NCBI RefSeq assembly: GCF_036365525.1
Contig: NC_090385.1
Location: forward strand, 25,338,119 to 25,402,118
Direction: 5' to 3'
DNA from: Heterodontus francisci
Lineage: Eukaryota
Length of the DNA stretch: 64,000 bases
Part shown: positions 49,190-62,424 of the stretch, piece after piece
How positions within the stretch are numbered: position 1 is the first letter of the stretch
Layout of the letters: each line of letters begins with the position of its first letter
Position numbers and translations under genes: made by a program
Notes under the pieces: generated by a model
What the model was told of the DNA's origin: nothing
Databases searched by the model: none
Seen by the model: only the letters and a program-made list of their open reading frames with translations

Positions 49190-50050
49190 TGCTCCTCGCT
49201 AATCCCCCCCCCCCCGCCAACACCCTGCTCTCCGGCTCCTCGCTCCCCACCCACCCACCCCAACTCTATGGCCACTTGCTCCCTGCTCCACGCTTTTCGC
49301 TTTTCTTTCCCCCCCGCTCCCCACACCCCGCTCTCTGGCCGCTCTCTCCCCACTCCTCACTTCCCCTACCTCCCCCACCCCCAATCCTGCTCTCTAGCCA
49401 CTTGCTCCCAGCTTCCCCACCCACCCCCGCTCTCCGGCCGCTCATTCTCCACTTCAACCCCGCCCTCCCTCTAGCTGCTAGCTCCAGGCCACGCCACTTC
49501 CCTCTTCTCGGCCACTTGCTCCCACATTCGATTGTTCTCCACCACGCCACCCGAAGAAGCAAGGTGGGCTGTGAGGGGTGACGGGGCGACGTGGTGGAGA
49601 GCAGGGAAGCACCGCAGCCTAGAGCTATTGGCTGGAGAGCGGGTTGGGGAGTGGGGAGCGAGTGGCCGGAGAACGGGGTGGGGGAGTGTGGAGCAAGCGG
49701 CTGGAGAGCTGGGTGGCGGAGGTGGGGGGAAGTGAGGAGTGGGGATGCAGGGTGGGGGAAAGCAAGGATCAGAGAGCAAGCGGCCGGAGAGCGGGATGGC
49801 AGGGGGGAGGAGCGGGCAGCGAGCAGCTGGAGAGCCGGGGTGGGGGGGGGAAGGAGCGGGGAGCGAGCGGCCAGAGAGCCAGGGGGAGGAGTGGGGAGCG
49901 AGTGGGTGGATAGCGGGCTGGCCAGTGGGGAGGTGGCGGCAAGGGGGAGCAGGGAACTATCGGCCGGGAGGAGGGGGAGAAAGCGTCAAGGGCCTGGAGT
50001 GAGTGGTCGAGGGGGAGAGTGGCCAGTGGGGTGGGAGAGAGTAGCTGAAT
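49190..50050. repeat. GC-rich minisatellite in two inverted halves (C-rich, then G-rich)
   Basis: CCCCGCTCTCCGGCCGCTC-like units up to ~49560, then their complement GAGCGAGCGGCCGGAGAGCGGGG. Confidence 0.8.
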
Positions 50051-50619
50051 GGGAGGAAGCAAGTACCTGTTGCCATTTTCCTGTGCATGCGCCAATTAGT
50101 CCTGGCGCGTAGGAAGCTGCGCATGCACAGCATCTCATTGAATGCAGGAGACCATTTGTGCATGTGCAGTGCTTGGAATGCTCTGATGACAGCAGCGGCT
50201 GCTGCATTGTCAGGAGTCACATTGAATGCAACCTCACATTTTCTCGAGGTTTGGAGCAAAGGCAGGAGTGAAGCAGCACTCGGCAGTGCTGAGTCTCCAC
50301 CCCAGAGATATTATTTGGTTGTTCCTGTATTAGGCTAAGGACCTGAGGTATTCCATGGAAATGTTAAATGGGCTGATGTTTAAAAGAAGGCAGGGATGCT
50401 GTCATTTGCTGTATTATCCAGCACTCATCCATCTTGATGTCAGGAAAATAGTGGCATCCAGGTCTACAGATTGGCAGATGTGGAGCCCATGATGTTTTCA
50501 GGCCTGGAAGACTCCAGAATTGCTTTGGCTAAATTTTTAAATTATTATAAACTGGGCCAATTGAGTGAAGGCCTTTACTTTTTAAGCCAATCACCTTGGG
50601 TTTTCTTTCCCACTGGCTC

Positions 50620-51600
50620 TCTGTAGACTTTGACATGGTCAACTACACCATCCTATAAAGCTTCTTCTCTGTATCCACTTTGGTGAAATTACCCTGGTTT
50701 GTTTCCAGTTTTAACCTATCCACTTGTTGACACAGCATTTCTAGGCTTCTTTTCCCACTGTCATCTCAGCAGTACCATAAGGATTCATTCTTGGTTCCAT
50801 TTCTCATTCACATGATGCTTCTTGGTGAAATTATCTTATACTATGTTCACTCATCCAGCTCCACCCCTCCACTGCTCTGTACCATTTGGCTGCTTGTCTG
50901 ACATCCAGTTTTGGATGAGTGTAATTTCCCTCAGCTGAACACTGCTAAGACTAAAGGCATCATATTCAGTCCCTGCCACAAATTCCATACTCTTCAAGTC
51001 CATCCCCCGCCTTAGTCACCATCTCAGGCTCAATCAGACAGTTTGCAACCTCTGCATCCTAATTTGACCTTGAGTTGCTTTTTTGATCTCATATCCTCTT
51101 TTATAAAGACGTCCAACCTCCACAGGATCGCATGCCATCATCCCTAGCTCAGCCTATCTACTGTAAAAAGCATGACATTTGTGCCTTTCTCCCCTCTAGA
51201 CTTGATTGCCCAAATGCTTTTGCAGCTGGTCTCCCATCTTCTGCACTCTCTCTTGCTAAACTTCAGCATATCTAAAACTCTACTCTTTGCATCCTATCGC
51301 ACATCACATCACGGTCGTCCATCTCCTCTGACCTCGCTCACCTAGGTTGGGCACTGGTCTCCCAGTGCCTCAAATTTTAAATTTTGTTCTTTGTGTTTAA
51401 ATCCCTCCTTTGCCTTTCCACTCCTCATCTGAGCAAACTTTTCACGATTCTCTGTTCCTCCGAACTCAAACTCTTGTATTTCTCTCCCAAACTCTTGTAT
51501 TTCTCCCCCACTCTTCACCTCAGTACTGGCAACCATTGCTTGAACCAGCTTGTTCCCAGACTCTGGAATTTTCTCCTTTTAACCATTCCAACTCCAAGCA
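50620..51600 (+). mobile_element. Degenerate L2 LINE fragment (similar relics at ~15950-16700 and ~60880-61268)
   Basis: FVFKSL.CLS.P.LS and RLWN.L peptides; pyrimidine-rich L2-like composition. Confidence 0.6.
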
Positions 51601-51923
51601 AGTTTTTGGAAGACAATTTAGGTGCTTACCTGGGCAGCAGGTGCATCTTTTTAACAGCTGAGTGTATTTTGTGTATATTGTTGGTGAAGTGTATACTTTA
51701 TTGTTGAGATGACTTTTGTTGACCATCCTTCCAGAATTGCAATACTGCACTAGTTCTTTAGTGTGAATCACTGCAGACATTACAATTCAGGCACAGCATT
51801 GATATACAGAGGTTAGCTGCAGAAAGATATTTAGTGTTCTTTATAACAAATAGGACAGAGCAGATTTCTATCTTGCTTCCATGAAATTTAGTAAATCATC
51901 AGCTTTTTCTCCCCCCGCAAAAG

Positions 51924-52030
51924 GTGCAAAATCTATTATAGAAGAATTCCCCGAGATCACAATTTTAGCAACAGAGGTCCACCAAGTGGCGCCCACGCAC
52001 TTTGGACAGAAGTATTTCGGCACGGACTGA
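51924..52030 (+). CDS. UPRT: UPRT exon 7 (last coding exon)
   Basis: Pyrimidine tract and AAG acceptor; (G)AKSIIEEFPEITILATEVHQVAPTHFGQKYFGTD-TGA. The seven exons sum to 744 nt (247 aa plus stop). Confidence 0.95.
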
Positions 52031-52689
52031 AGCCAAGATAGATACCAAATGAAATCTTTGAATGCATTGTTGCTTTGATAGATAAAGTCATAGTTTTATC
52101 TCAGTAGGTGTGTTGCCCACTGTCCCCACCCACCCAATCCTTTCTGGGACATGTCAAAATGTTAACTATCTTAATGTAGACATCTGGGAGCACTTGATCT
52201 AAACTTTTTGCCTTAAGTTCTTTTCTCCAAGTTATTTTGATAAAAGGAAGTCAGTTCTGAAAAGCACATTCCAGTTCCATCAAAATTGCTTGTGCTGTGC
52301 TTTCATGCATCCTTGGCACTTAAGTCATTTTTAGCATATTTATTGTTTGTAATTAGAGGCAGTGCCTAATTGTAACTTAAAACTACATTAAATTTGTTTA
52401 AAAAAATCTTGGGATTAAAATCTCTTTATTTAAAAAGATTTCTTTTTCCAGATTTCCTTTCTTTAGATGACACTAGGCTACTGTTCCACGAGCATGGCAG
52501 CTTTCAGTTACCTCACTAAAGTGGCTTTTCTTCATGCACGAGTGTAGATACAAATGTCAGCTGGTTGTTTGATTTCTGTGTTGCGCGGATCACAGCTGAG
52601 CCTTTTCATGTCCTTACACGAAACCCACACATAATCAAAATTGACAGGATAGCAATCAGGAGCAGCAGTTGAGGTTGGGACTCCTGCGG

Positions 52690-53645
52690 CGAGTAACACA
52701 CTTCCTGACTCCCCATAGCCTGTGCACCATCTACAAGGCACAAGTCATTTCCACCACTGACGCACAGTGACAGCAGTGTGTACCATTTGGTCTCCTTATC
52801 TGAGGAAGGATGTTCTTCCTATAGAGGGAGTGCAGCGAAGGTTTACCAGACTGATTCCTGGGATGGTGGGACTGACGTATGAGGAGAGATTGAGTCGGTT
52901 AGGATCATATTCACTGGAGTTCAGAAGATTGAGGGGGGATCTCATAGAAACCTATAAAATTCTAACAGGACTTGACAGGGTAGATGCAGGAAGGACGTTC
53001 CTGATGGTGGGGGAGTCCAGAACTAGGGATCATAGTCTAAGGATAGGGGGTAAACCTTTCAGGACTCAGATGAGGAGAAATCACTTCACCCAGAGAGTGG
53101 TGAGCCTGTGGAATTCACTACCACAGAAAGCAGCTGAGGCCAAAACATTGTATGTTTTCAAGAAGGAGTTAGATATAGCTCTTGGGGCGAAAGGGATCAG
53201 AAGATATGGGGGGGGAAAGCAGGAACAGGTTACTGAGTTGGATGATCAGCCATGATCATATTGAATGGTGGAGCAGGCTCAAAGGGCGAAATAGCCTACT
53301 CCTCCTATTTTCTTTGTTTCTATGTAAGATGTACTGCAGCACCTTCCAAACCTGCAACCTCTACCACCTAAAAGGACAAGGGCAGCAGCTGCATGGGAAC
53401 ACCACCACCTGCAAGTTCTCCTCCAAGCCACACACCATCCTGACTTGGAACTATATCGCCGTTCCTTCAGTGTCATTGGGTCAAAATCTTGGAAATCCCT
53501 AACAGCACTGTGGGTATACCTACCCCACATGGATTACAGCAGTTGAAGAAGGCTGCTCACCACCACCTTCCCAAGAGCAAGTAGGGTTGGGCAATAAATG
53601 CTGGCCTAGCCGGCGATGCCCACATCCCATGAACACATTTTTAAA
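52690..53645 (+). mobile_element. 3' fragment of the same Crack/Daphne-like LINE, interrupted by a CR1 3' piece (~52785-53325)
   Basis: Matches 13415-13985. The inserted CR1 encodes WSPYLRKD...QRRFTRLIPGM...RGDLIETYKI. Confidence 0.8.
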
Positions 53646-54344
53646 AAAGTTTCTTGTTCCTACCTCTGCAGTATGAAGACCAGAGATCGAACCTGGGACC
53701 TTCCTGATCTGTGTGATTCAGTAACATACCAGAGATATCCCCAATACATTATCATTCAAATTAGTCAACATCTTTACTGCTGCATTTTATGAAGAGTTGT
53801 CTGGAGTTAGTAACATCTTATTTCAACATTACTGGATATCAATTGGGAGAGAAAGCAAATGGGCACTCGTAACTCCACACTTCAGTGTGTGGAATATACA
53901 GCATATGGCATATATGTATATATGGCATATAATCACATGGGCATTTCTTTCATAAGACTGGGGAGGCAGACAAAATTCCCACCCTCCAAGAATTGTGAAG
54001 ATAAAGACTTTGATTGAAGGGCTTGTTTTTAAAAAAAAATAGAAGTTTTAAATTATAAACTAGAAAGGTGGGGGAGGGGAGAGAGAATTTCCTCCATGAA
54101 TACTCAAGGATGGAGCATGCCTGAGGAATAAAGGCCCCCTTGACGTGAAAAACAAAATGGGGTTTAAAAAAAAAAGGATGGAGCATAACTTTCTGCAGTG
54201 TCTTTATAGCTTCTGCTACTGCCCACTAGGTGGAGTGGAGGGGGTGGATTTCCTCATTGTTTTCAGTGTATTTGCGATATAGAAGCTGCAGTATTTTGTT
54301 TTAAGTGAGGAAGTATGTGCAGAAGCTGTTTCTGCCACTATGCT

Positions 54345-56478
54345 TTTCTAGATGCCTGAGATATGGGAACAGTTCTGGGGGAGATGTGACCTGTACAGGC
54401 CTGATGGGTTGCACCTGAACGGAACCGGGACCAATGTCCTTGTGGGTGATTTGCTAGTGGTGTTGGGGAGGGTTTAAACTAACTTAGCAGGGGTGTGGGA
54501 ATCAGGAGATAATATGAGAGGGGGAAAACAAGGTGCATGAAATACTGGAAAATGCAGATAGTACTAGATAAGGAAATAGTAAGGTATTAGGTGGGGTCAG
54601 AATAAGAGGGAATGTAATAAGGTCTAAATTAGGTTTACTGTGCATGTAAGCAAATGCGCAGAGGGTAGTAAATAAAGCTGTGAGCTGCAGGTGCAGATAG
54701 CCATGTGGAAATATGATGTCATGGCGTTTACAGAGAACTGGCTCAAAAAGGGCAGGACTAAGTATTAAATATTCCTGGATACCAAGGTATTCAAGAAAGA
54801 TAGGGAAGGAAAGAAAGGAGGAGGGTTAGCAATATTGATCAAGGAGCACGTTATGGTGCTGGAGAGAGAGGATGTCCTAGAAGGGTCAAGGACAGAATGT
54901 ATTTGGTTAGAGCTAAGACACAATAGAGGTACATTGATGGGTGTATTGTATAGGCCACCAACTAGTGGGAAAGATATATAGGAAATAAGTTGCAAGGAAA
55001 TTAGAGAGGTGCAACAATTATAGAGTAGTTGTACTGAGGGTCTTTAATTATCCTAATATATACTGAGATAGTAATAGTGTAAAAGGCAGAGAGGGGCAAG
55101 AGTTTCTAAAGTGTGTTCAAGAGAATTATCTGCATCGATATGTTTCCAGTCCCATGAGGAAGGAGGCATTGCTGGATCTGGGGATTGAGGTGGGTCAAGT
55201 GAATCAAGTATCAGTAGGGAATATTTAGGGGACAGTGATCATAGTATCATAAGGTTCAGGTTGGCTATGGAAAAGGACAAGGAGCAATCCAGAGTAAAAA
55301 TAATTATTTGGGGGAGGGCCTACTTCATTGGGGTGAAAATGGATCTGGCCCAGGTAAACTGGAATCAAAAATTAGCAAACTTTAATGGAACAATGGGTTG
55401 CCTTTAAAGAGGAGGTGTTTTGGGTGCAGTCAAGATATATTCCCACGAGGGGGAAAGGTAGGTGAAACAAATCCAGAGCTCTCTGGATCGCAAAAGAAAT
55501 AGAGAGTAAGATGCAGCTCAAAAAGGATGGATATGACAGATGTCAGGGGATAATGCAATTGAGAACCAGACTGAAAATAGAAGATTCAGAGGGGAAGTGA
55601 AAAAACAAATGAGAGAAGCAAAGTGAGAGTATGAGAAGAGACTGGCAGCTAACATGAAATGGAATCAAAAAGTCTTCTACAGACATATAAATAGTAAAAG
55701 GGTGGTAAGAGGAGTGGGGACAATTAGGAACCCGAAAGGGGATTTACACATGGAGGCAGGGAATATGGCTGAGGTACTAAATAAGTACTTCGTCTTTGTC
55801 TTTACTAAGGAAGAAGATGCTGCCCAAGTCATAATAAAAGAGGAGGTAGCTGAGACACTGGATGGGCTAAACATTGATGAAGAGGAGGTATTAGATAGAC
55901 TGGCTGTACTTAAAGTCACCAGGACCAGATGAGAGGGAAGTAAGGGTGAAAATTGTGGAAGCACTGGCCATAATCTCCCAATCCTCTGTCAATGCAGGGG
56001 TGGTGCCAGAGGACTGGGGAACTGCAAATGTTACGCCCTTGTTCAAAAAAGGGTATAAGGATAAGCCCAGCAACTAGTTTAACCTCCATAGTGGGAAAGC
56101 TTTTAGAAACAATAATTCTGGGCAAAATTAACAGTAACTTCGATAAATGTGAATTAATTAAGGAAATCCAGCATAGATTTGCTGAGGGCAAATTCTGTTC
56201 GACTAATTAGCTTAAGTTTTTTTATATGAGGTAACAGAGGGTTGCTGAGGGTAATGTTGATGTGGTGTACATGGATTTCCAAATGGCATTTGATAAAGTG
56301 CCACATGACAGGCTTGTCACCAAAGTTAGAGCCCATGGAATAAAAGGGACAGTAGCAGCCTGGAGACAGAGTTGGCTGGCTGAGTGACAGAAAACAGACA
56401 GTAGTTGTGAACGGTTGTTTTTCAGATTGGAACAAGGTATATAGTGGGGTTCCCCAGCACCCCTGCTTTTCTTTTATT

Positions 56479-56509
<31 letters not shown>

Positions 56510-57450
56510 GTATATATGTATATATATAATGTATATGTAAATAAAATAATGACGTAGACTTCGGTGTACAGGGCACAATTTCAAAATTTAGAGATTGCAC
56601 AAAACTTGGAAATATTGTGAACTGTGAGGAGGATAGTGATAAACTTCAAAAAGGACATAGACAGGCTGATGGAATGGGCGTACACGTGGCAGATGAAATT
56701 TAATGCAAAGGAGTGTGAACTAATTCATTCTGGTAGGAAGAATGAGGAGAGGCAATATAAACTAAAGGGTACAATTCTAAAGAGGGTGCAGGAGCAGAGG
56801 AACCTGTAAGTTATGTGCACAAATCATTGAAGGTGGCAGGGCAGGTTGAGAGCGTGGCTAATAAAGCATATGGGATCCTGGATTTTATAAATAGGGGCAT
56901 GGAGCACAAAAGCAAGGAAGTTATGATAAACCTGTATAAAACTCTGGTCCAGCCTAAACTGGAGTATTGTGTTCAGTTCTGGGCATCACACTTTAGAAAG
57001 ACTGTGTAGGCATTAGTGTGCGTGCAGAAAAGATTCACAAGAATGGTTCCAGGGATGAGGAACTTCAGTTATGTGGATAGATTGGAGAAGTTGGTGCTGT
57101 TCTCTTTGAAGATTTAGAGGAAACTTGATAGAGGTGTGCAAAATGATAAGGGGTCTGGACAGAGTGAGAAGCATCCAGAACCAGAGGTCACCGATTTAAG
57201 GTGATTGGCAAAAGAAGCAATGGCGACATGAGGAAATTTTTTTAATGCAGCAAGTGGTAAAGGTCTGGAACGCACTGCCCGAGTGTGTGAAAGAGGCAGA
57301 TTCAATTGTGGCTTTCAAAGGGGAATTGGATAATTATCTAGAAAGATTTTCAGGGCTACCGGGAAAAGGCAGGGGAATGGGACTAGATGTGTTGCTTTTG
57401 TACAGTCTCTGCACAGCCTCCTTCTGTGCTGTAAACATTCTATGATTCTA
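54345..57450 (+). mobile_element. Long degenerate CR1 LINE (end of ORF1, endonuclease, RT, tail)
   Basis: DGLHLN..GT-type ORF1 end, GGGLAILIK and G.LYRPP endonuclease pieces, and RT relics (LEYCVQFWASH) with many disruptions. Confidence 0.85.
56478..56538. repeat. (TA)n/(TATG) microsatellite inside the CR1
   Basis: TATATATA...TGTATATATG run. Confidence 0.95.
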
Positions 57451-57635
57451 GTTTCACCTTACTTTTTGAGCCTTTCAGCAGTCTGCCCCTGAATCCCCAG
57501 GGGCCTCATTTGAATGTCAGAGAGAGACAGAGTTTGTATTATAGTTTCCTGGGTTTGCATTGCTATTGCACTTTGGGTAACAGAGCTAAATGAGGTGCAG
57601 CAGCTGTTAGAATCACCAGATCAAACTGGAAGTGA

Positions 57636-58162
57636 AGAGATGGCCTATTTCCTCTTTGGTAAAGTGCAGATCTCCTCAGAGATGTCCTGATGTGCAGCCT
57701 GTATATTTTTTGGTGAAGGGAACAGGTAATGGGGAGTGGAGGGGAGTTGAATCCGCTTCAAGTAGTGTCTGAATTAGAGTCTGGCAACTTTATACTGCCT
57801 GTAATTCCCTGTAGCTTGGAAATTTTTTGAACCAGTTTTCTTTATTGCACATTTTTCTGCCAAGACCTGCACTTGATTCGGCTCACCTCTCTCAGGATCA
57901 GTCCAATGCAAGATTTTCAGACCACCACCTTCTACCAATCAGTGCTTCTCAGATATAGGTATAGCTTTCCCAATATCACTGTTTGCTTTTATGAGTAGCA
58001 GCACAAGCTGGAATGTAAAGGAGATTCAGACACTACTTGAAGCGGATTCAACTCCCCTCCACTCCCCATTACCTGTTCCCTTCACCAAAAAATATACAGG
58101 CTGCACATCAGGACATCTCTGAGGAGATCTGCACTTTACCAAAGAGGAAATAGGCCATCTCT
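57636..58162. repeat. Perfect 139-bp inverted repeat with 249-bp spacer
   Basis: 57636-57774 is the reverse complement of 58024-58162; no mismatch found by eye. Confidence 0.95.
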
Positions 58163-59577
58163 GACTTGCTTGGCACTGTGTTAGTACCACACCCCCTCCA
58201 GGCAGAATAAGTGACATTTTTGGATGACTAGATAGCACTCATGCCTAGTAATCTGGCCTCCTGCCTTCAATTTCCTCAAGGAGGGCTTGCATGTCTGAAA
58301 ATGTGCAATCTTCTGTCTTGGTGCCAAGCCCTACTGCTCTCTGGGTCCAGATAGTGGCTGCATAGTCATAATTTTACCCAAGTATAATGGCAATATTGCT
58401 GAGGCCCACAGTGAAGTTATTGAGAGAGTGAAGTGAAAAAGCCAAGCATTGCTATCTCTTACCTCTTTGGCCCCCAGTCTGCTGCTGGATGGCATAGGCT
58501 GAACTCTTTCTGAAGGCTGCACAGAAGTCTCCAGGTACTTCACCTCTTTTACACCATTGGGAATGCACTCTAGAGGTCGCTGGTAGATGACATTTGTTTT
58601 ATTGAAGGGAGCAACCGCGTTGCAACTCATTGAGGAAATTGTAGACCAGAGCAATTAACTTATTGAATACACCGGTTTATAACTGGCTCTCAGTCCCACT
58701 ATTTATCTCACTTTATGCACCTCACCATCGCCACCACCAGCCCCCCCAACCAACTTTCTCCATTCCTCCTCTCTCAAAAGCATTGTCTCTTTGGTGGAGT
58801 ATAGTAGAATAGGGATCCTCCTAGACCTTTCCCAAATGGCCATTATTCAGCAAGAGCCTAAACAGAGTGTGCTGATTGTCTATTTGAATGGGGTAGGGGA
58901 GAAAGCATTCGCTGACCCTGATCCTGCTGTTATCCTATGCATACACACATCCTTCCAGAAGGGATCACTGGATAGTAATCAGGAGCAGAAACTCTCGCTA
59001 TTTTTTCTCAATCTAAAGCATCCCCATTCCATGAAACCAGCTAAACAAAGACTAGGAATCAAACGTGGAACTCTCCCACTCTGTATGGCTCACTGAATAA
59101 ACTTGCTGAGCCACGAGGGAACCTCTATCAGTTTTCATTTCTTCCAGGAAAAAGCACATAACCAAAAGACAATGACGAAAATTCCCGGATTATCTCTGCA
59201 ATTAATAGAACAGAGCACCTACGGGCAAAGAACTGTAATATTTATATCACGTTCCACAATCGTTCAGCTGAAAGATTAAGTAGGAACACAAGGCTATGAT
59301 CTAATCTCTTTTTGACAGATCTGAATCTAGGTCTCCCCCAGAAACCCAAATGCTTCTTGTATCCATTTTTAATACTATGTGCTGTAATAGTCTTCCCTGA
59401 TAACTTAGAAGCACATTTCACAAGTCCATTGCCTTTTATGTACAAAAAAGTTCCACTTTACTTTTACTCCTAATTTTTTAACTTGTATTCCATGGTATTT
59501 GGACTAGAATATCAGCATTGACATCCCTGGTACTTGAATAAGGGTTTGGCAATGCTTTTGGCCTTCATCGTCACTTG

Positions 59578-59896
59578 GGGCGGCACAGTGGCGCAGTGGT
59601 TAGCATCGCAGCCTCCCAGCTCCAGGGACCTGGGTTCAATTCTGCGTACTACCTGTGCGGAGTTTGCAAGTTCTCCCTGTGACCACGTGGGTTTTCGCCG
59701 GGTGCTCCGGTTTTCTCCCACAGCCAAAGACTTGCAGGTGATAGGTAAATTGGCCATTGTAAATTGCCCCTAGTGTAGGTAGGTGGCAGGGAAATATGGG
59801 ATTACTGTAGGGTTAGTATAAATGGGTGGTTCTTGGTCGGCACAGACTCGGTGGGCCGAAGGGCCTGTTTCAGTGCTGTATCTCTAAATAAATAAA
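59578..59896 (+). mobile_element. HE1-type V-SINE
   Basis: Same SINE, with (TAAA)n tail. Confidence 0.9.
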
Positions 59897-61272
59897 CTCT
59901 CAGGTTTTCTCGACTCGCTCCTCAGGATGATACAGTCTGCTCCACCTCTTTTTCCCAAGGACACTTCACTGGCACTCCAGGGGTCAGGTCCAGGTCTCTC
60001 TTTTGTGCCTTGCACCTTGACCTAGTTTGCAGCCCCTGCTTACATGGACACTCTGCTGCTTCTGCCACTGACCAGCACAGCAGGTCCTGACCACTAGCGG
60101 AGCCGAGGTCAGGTATGGGCAGATCCAGCATCAGCAACTCTTAAGGAAACTGTGGAATAAGTGCCAGCAGTTCTTCACCACTATCCTGGACACTCAAACT
60201 GCCAAGTAAACACCCAATTATTGCTACTGCTTGACTATAACAAAAATATTATACTGTAAATATAGATTATAAATGTGTAAAGCTACTAACAGTTTCCTAT
60301 AAAATACCAATTATAAACAATGCAGGCTATGCAAAACAATATATTGCATTACAGATAACAATTTTACATCCATACATACTATTGACCCTTGTCTACCTCT
60401 GAATATTTTTTAATTCGTTAAATCCAAGCAGTTTACCTTTATTGATAAATTTGATCAAAATTCTCAAGTCTCGTTCATAGTGATCATGAAACTACTGGAT
60501 TGTCATTAAAAACTCATCCTCTCACTAATATTCTTCAGGGGAGGAAATCTGCCATACTTACCTGGTCTGGCCTGCGTGTGACTCCAGACCCACAGCAATG
60601 TGGTTGACTCTTAACTCCCCTCTGAAATGGCCTAGCAAGTCACTCAGTTGTAGGTGGCTCACCACCACCTGCTATTCAAATGGTGGTCCGGTTGCCCAGC
60701 GGCCCTGCCGGCGTCCAGGTCCATCTTCAGGCCTCCCCGCCATGGATCCCAACGTCACGGTCTCCTTAAAGTCCAGCCCATTAAGTCAGCTTCCATATGT
60801 ATACTGATATCAAGCTCCATCTACCATCTAACATCAACACAGCGGAATCTCAATGCTGTCCAACTGGGAAGACCAAAGCCATTATTTTCAACACCATTTT
60901 CATTGGTGATCCTTTGCTATTGACTTTGTTGCCCTCCATGATCTTGCCCATCTTATATCTGCGAAGTCTTCCCACCTTAATTCCCTTCCATACCTTTTGG
61001 ACTTCCATTTTTTGTGCATACCCGCTCTCTTTTCTCACCATTGCTGGCAGTTGAAGATTCTGCCTTGGCCCTAATCATCAACTCTTCTCACTAAATCTCT
61101 CTGCCTTTCCTCATCCTTCTCGGCCTTCTCAAAACCAATTCTTTTCAGCCAACCCTTTGGTCACCCCTTCCAATCTTTGCCTCCTTGGGTTTTCTATTTC
61201 TTCCGTCTCCCATGAAGAGCCTTGGCAAATTTTCTGTGTTCAAAGCACTACATAAATGCAAGTTGTTTAATG

Positions 61273-61861
61273 TGTTACGATCCTGTAGTTTTTTTTTCTG
61301 GGAAGAATGCAGTGTGCCTTTAAGGCTGGAAAAGGAGCCGTACTGCTTTAAGGCAACACACTCCAGAGACTAAGTCAAAGAGTGCATTCTCATTGCCATA
61401 GGATACAGCCACTCAGAACCAAAGACACGAGATATATTGGGCTGAATTTTACGCCGCCCCAGCGGGTCGGATGATGGCATGGGGGCGGTGCAAAATTGAG
61501 CGGGAGGCTCCGGGAGGCCTACCCACCCCGCTTCCACCTCCCGCCAAGTTTACGGCGCAGGCGGGGGGGTGGGAAACGGCCCGCCTGCCGAGGCCAGTCA
61601 AGGCCCTTAAGTGGCCACTGAACAGCCACTTAAGGGTCCTCGCCCACCTCCACGGGTATTTTACCAGTGGCAAGTGGGCGTGCTGAGGACGTGAAAGGCC
61701 GCCCAGCGATAGCTGTTGGGAAAATTAATTTGGAAAGTTTAAAATTATATGTTAAGTGATCTGGGGAGGGAGGGGGGGACTTAATTAACTGTGTTTCTCC
61801 CACCACAATCAGAATCGTATATTTTGATTGGGGGCTTTGACTGGAGCAGTCGGTCGTAACA
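61273..61861. mobile_element. Solo LTR (Gypsy-like) containing a Harbinger MITE fragment (61439-~61710)
   Basis: Inverted termini TGTTACGA...TCGTAACA. 4-bp TSD AATG at 61269-61272 and 61862-61865. Confidence 0.75.
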
Positions 61862-62424
61862 AATGTAAAGTTATATTTAAAAAAATAATTAAGAATAAAA
61901 TGCAAGACTGAGTGCACTAACAAATGCAAGAGGCTGACAAGCTACTCAAGTTATCAGCTTAGTTCTTAAGTGTGTTCCTGCTCTGTAACATGCTTCAACC
62001 TTAGTTTCATTACACCTACGACTAATAAATGTGACTGCGGCTCAATAAGTGGTTAAAAGTCCAGTACTTATTAAAACAAATTATTTATTCTTGTAAACAC
62101 ATTTTCTTACAATAAAGATTTAACGGACACATTACTGAATGCATTACAAAGTGCAGTAAAAACCATTAACCCTTTCAATTGGCATTGGCATACAGGTTTA
62201 ATAAAATACAATCATTTTGTGGATTAGCAACATCCTTGCATTGTATAGGGACGTGAAGACAGGGGAAAATTGAAATATATAAATGGACTATTGTCAGAGA
62301 AACTGCATTCTGATGATATACTTAACAACTCATTAAATAGTACAATTTGGTGCCATCAGGGGCACTAAACAGGGCAACCTAAAGGAAAAAAAAAGTGCTA
62401 GATTCCTTGGCACCAGGAAAACAG

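Noticed and set aside
48871-50338. Multiple 100-170 aa Pro/Gly-rich ORFs
   Set aside because: Open because of low-complexity GC-rich repeats; no domain motifs or splice support.
51468-51509. 21-bp tandem duplication CAAACTCTTGTATTTCTC(T/C)CC
   Set aside because: Ordinary slippage duplication inside a decayed L2.
52387-52419. ATTAAA hexamers as the UPRT polyA signal
   Set aside because: Plausible, but common in AT-rich DNA; cannot be assigned without 3'-end data.
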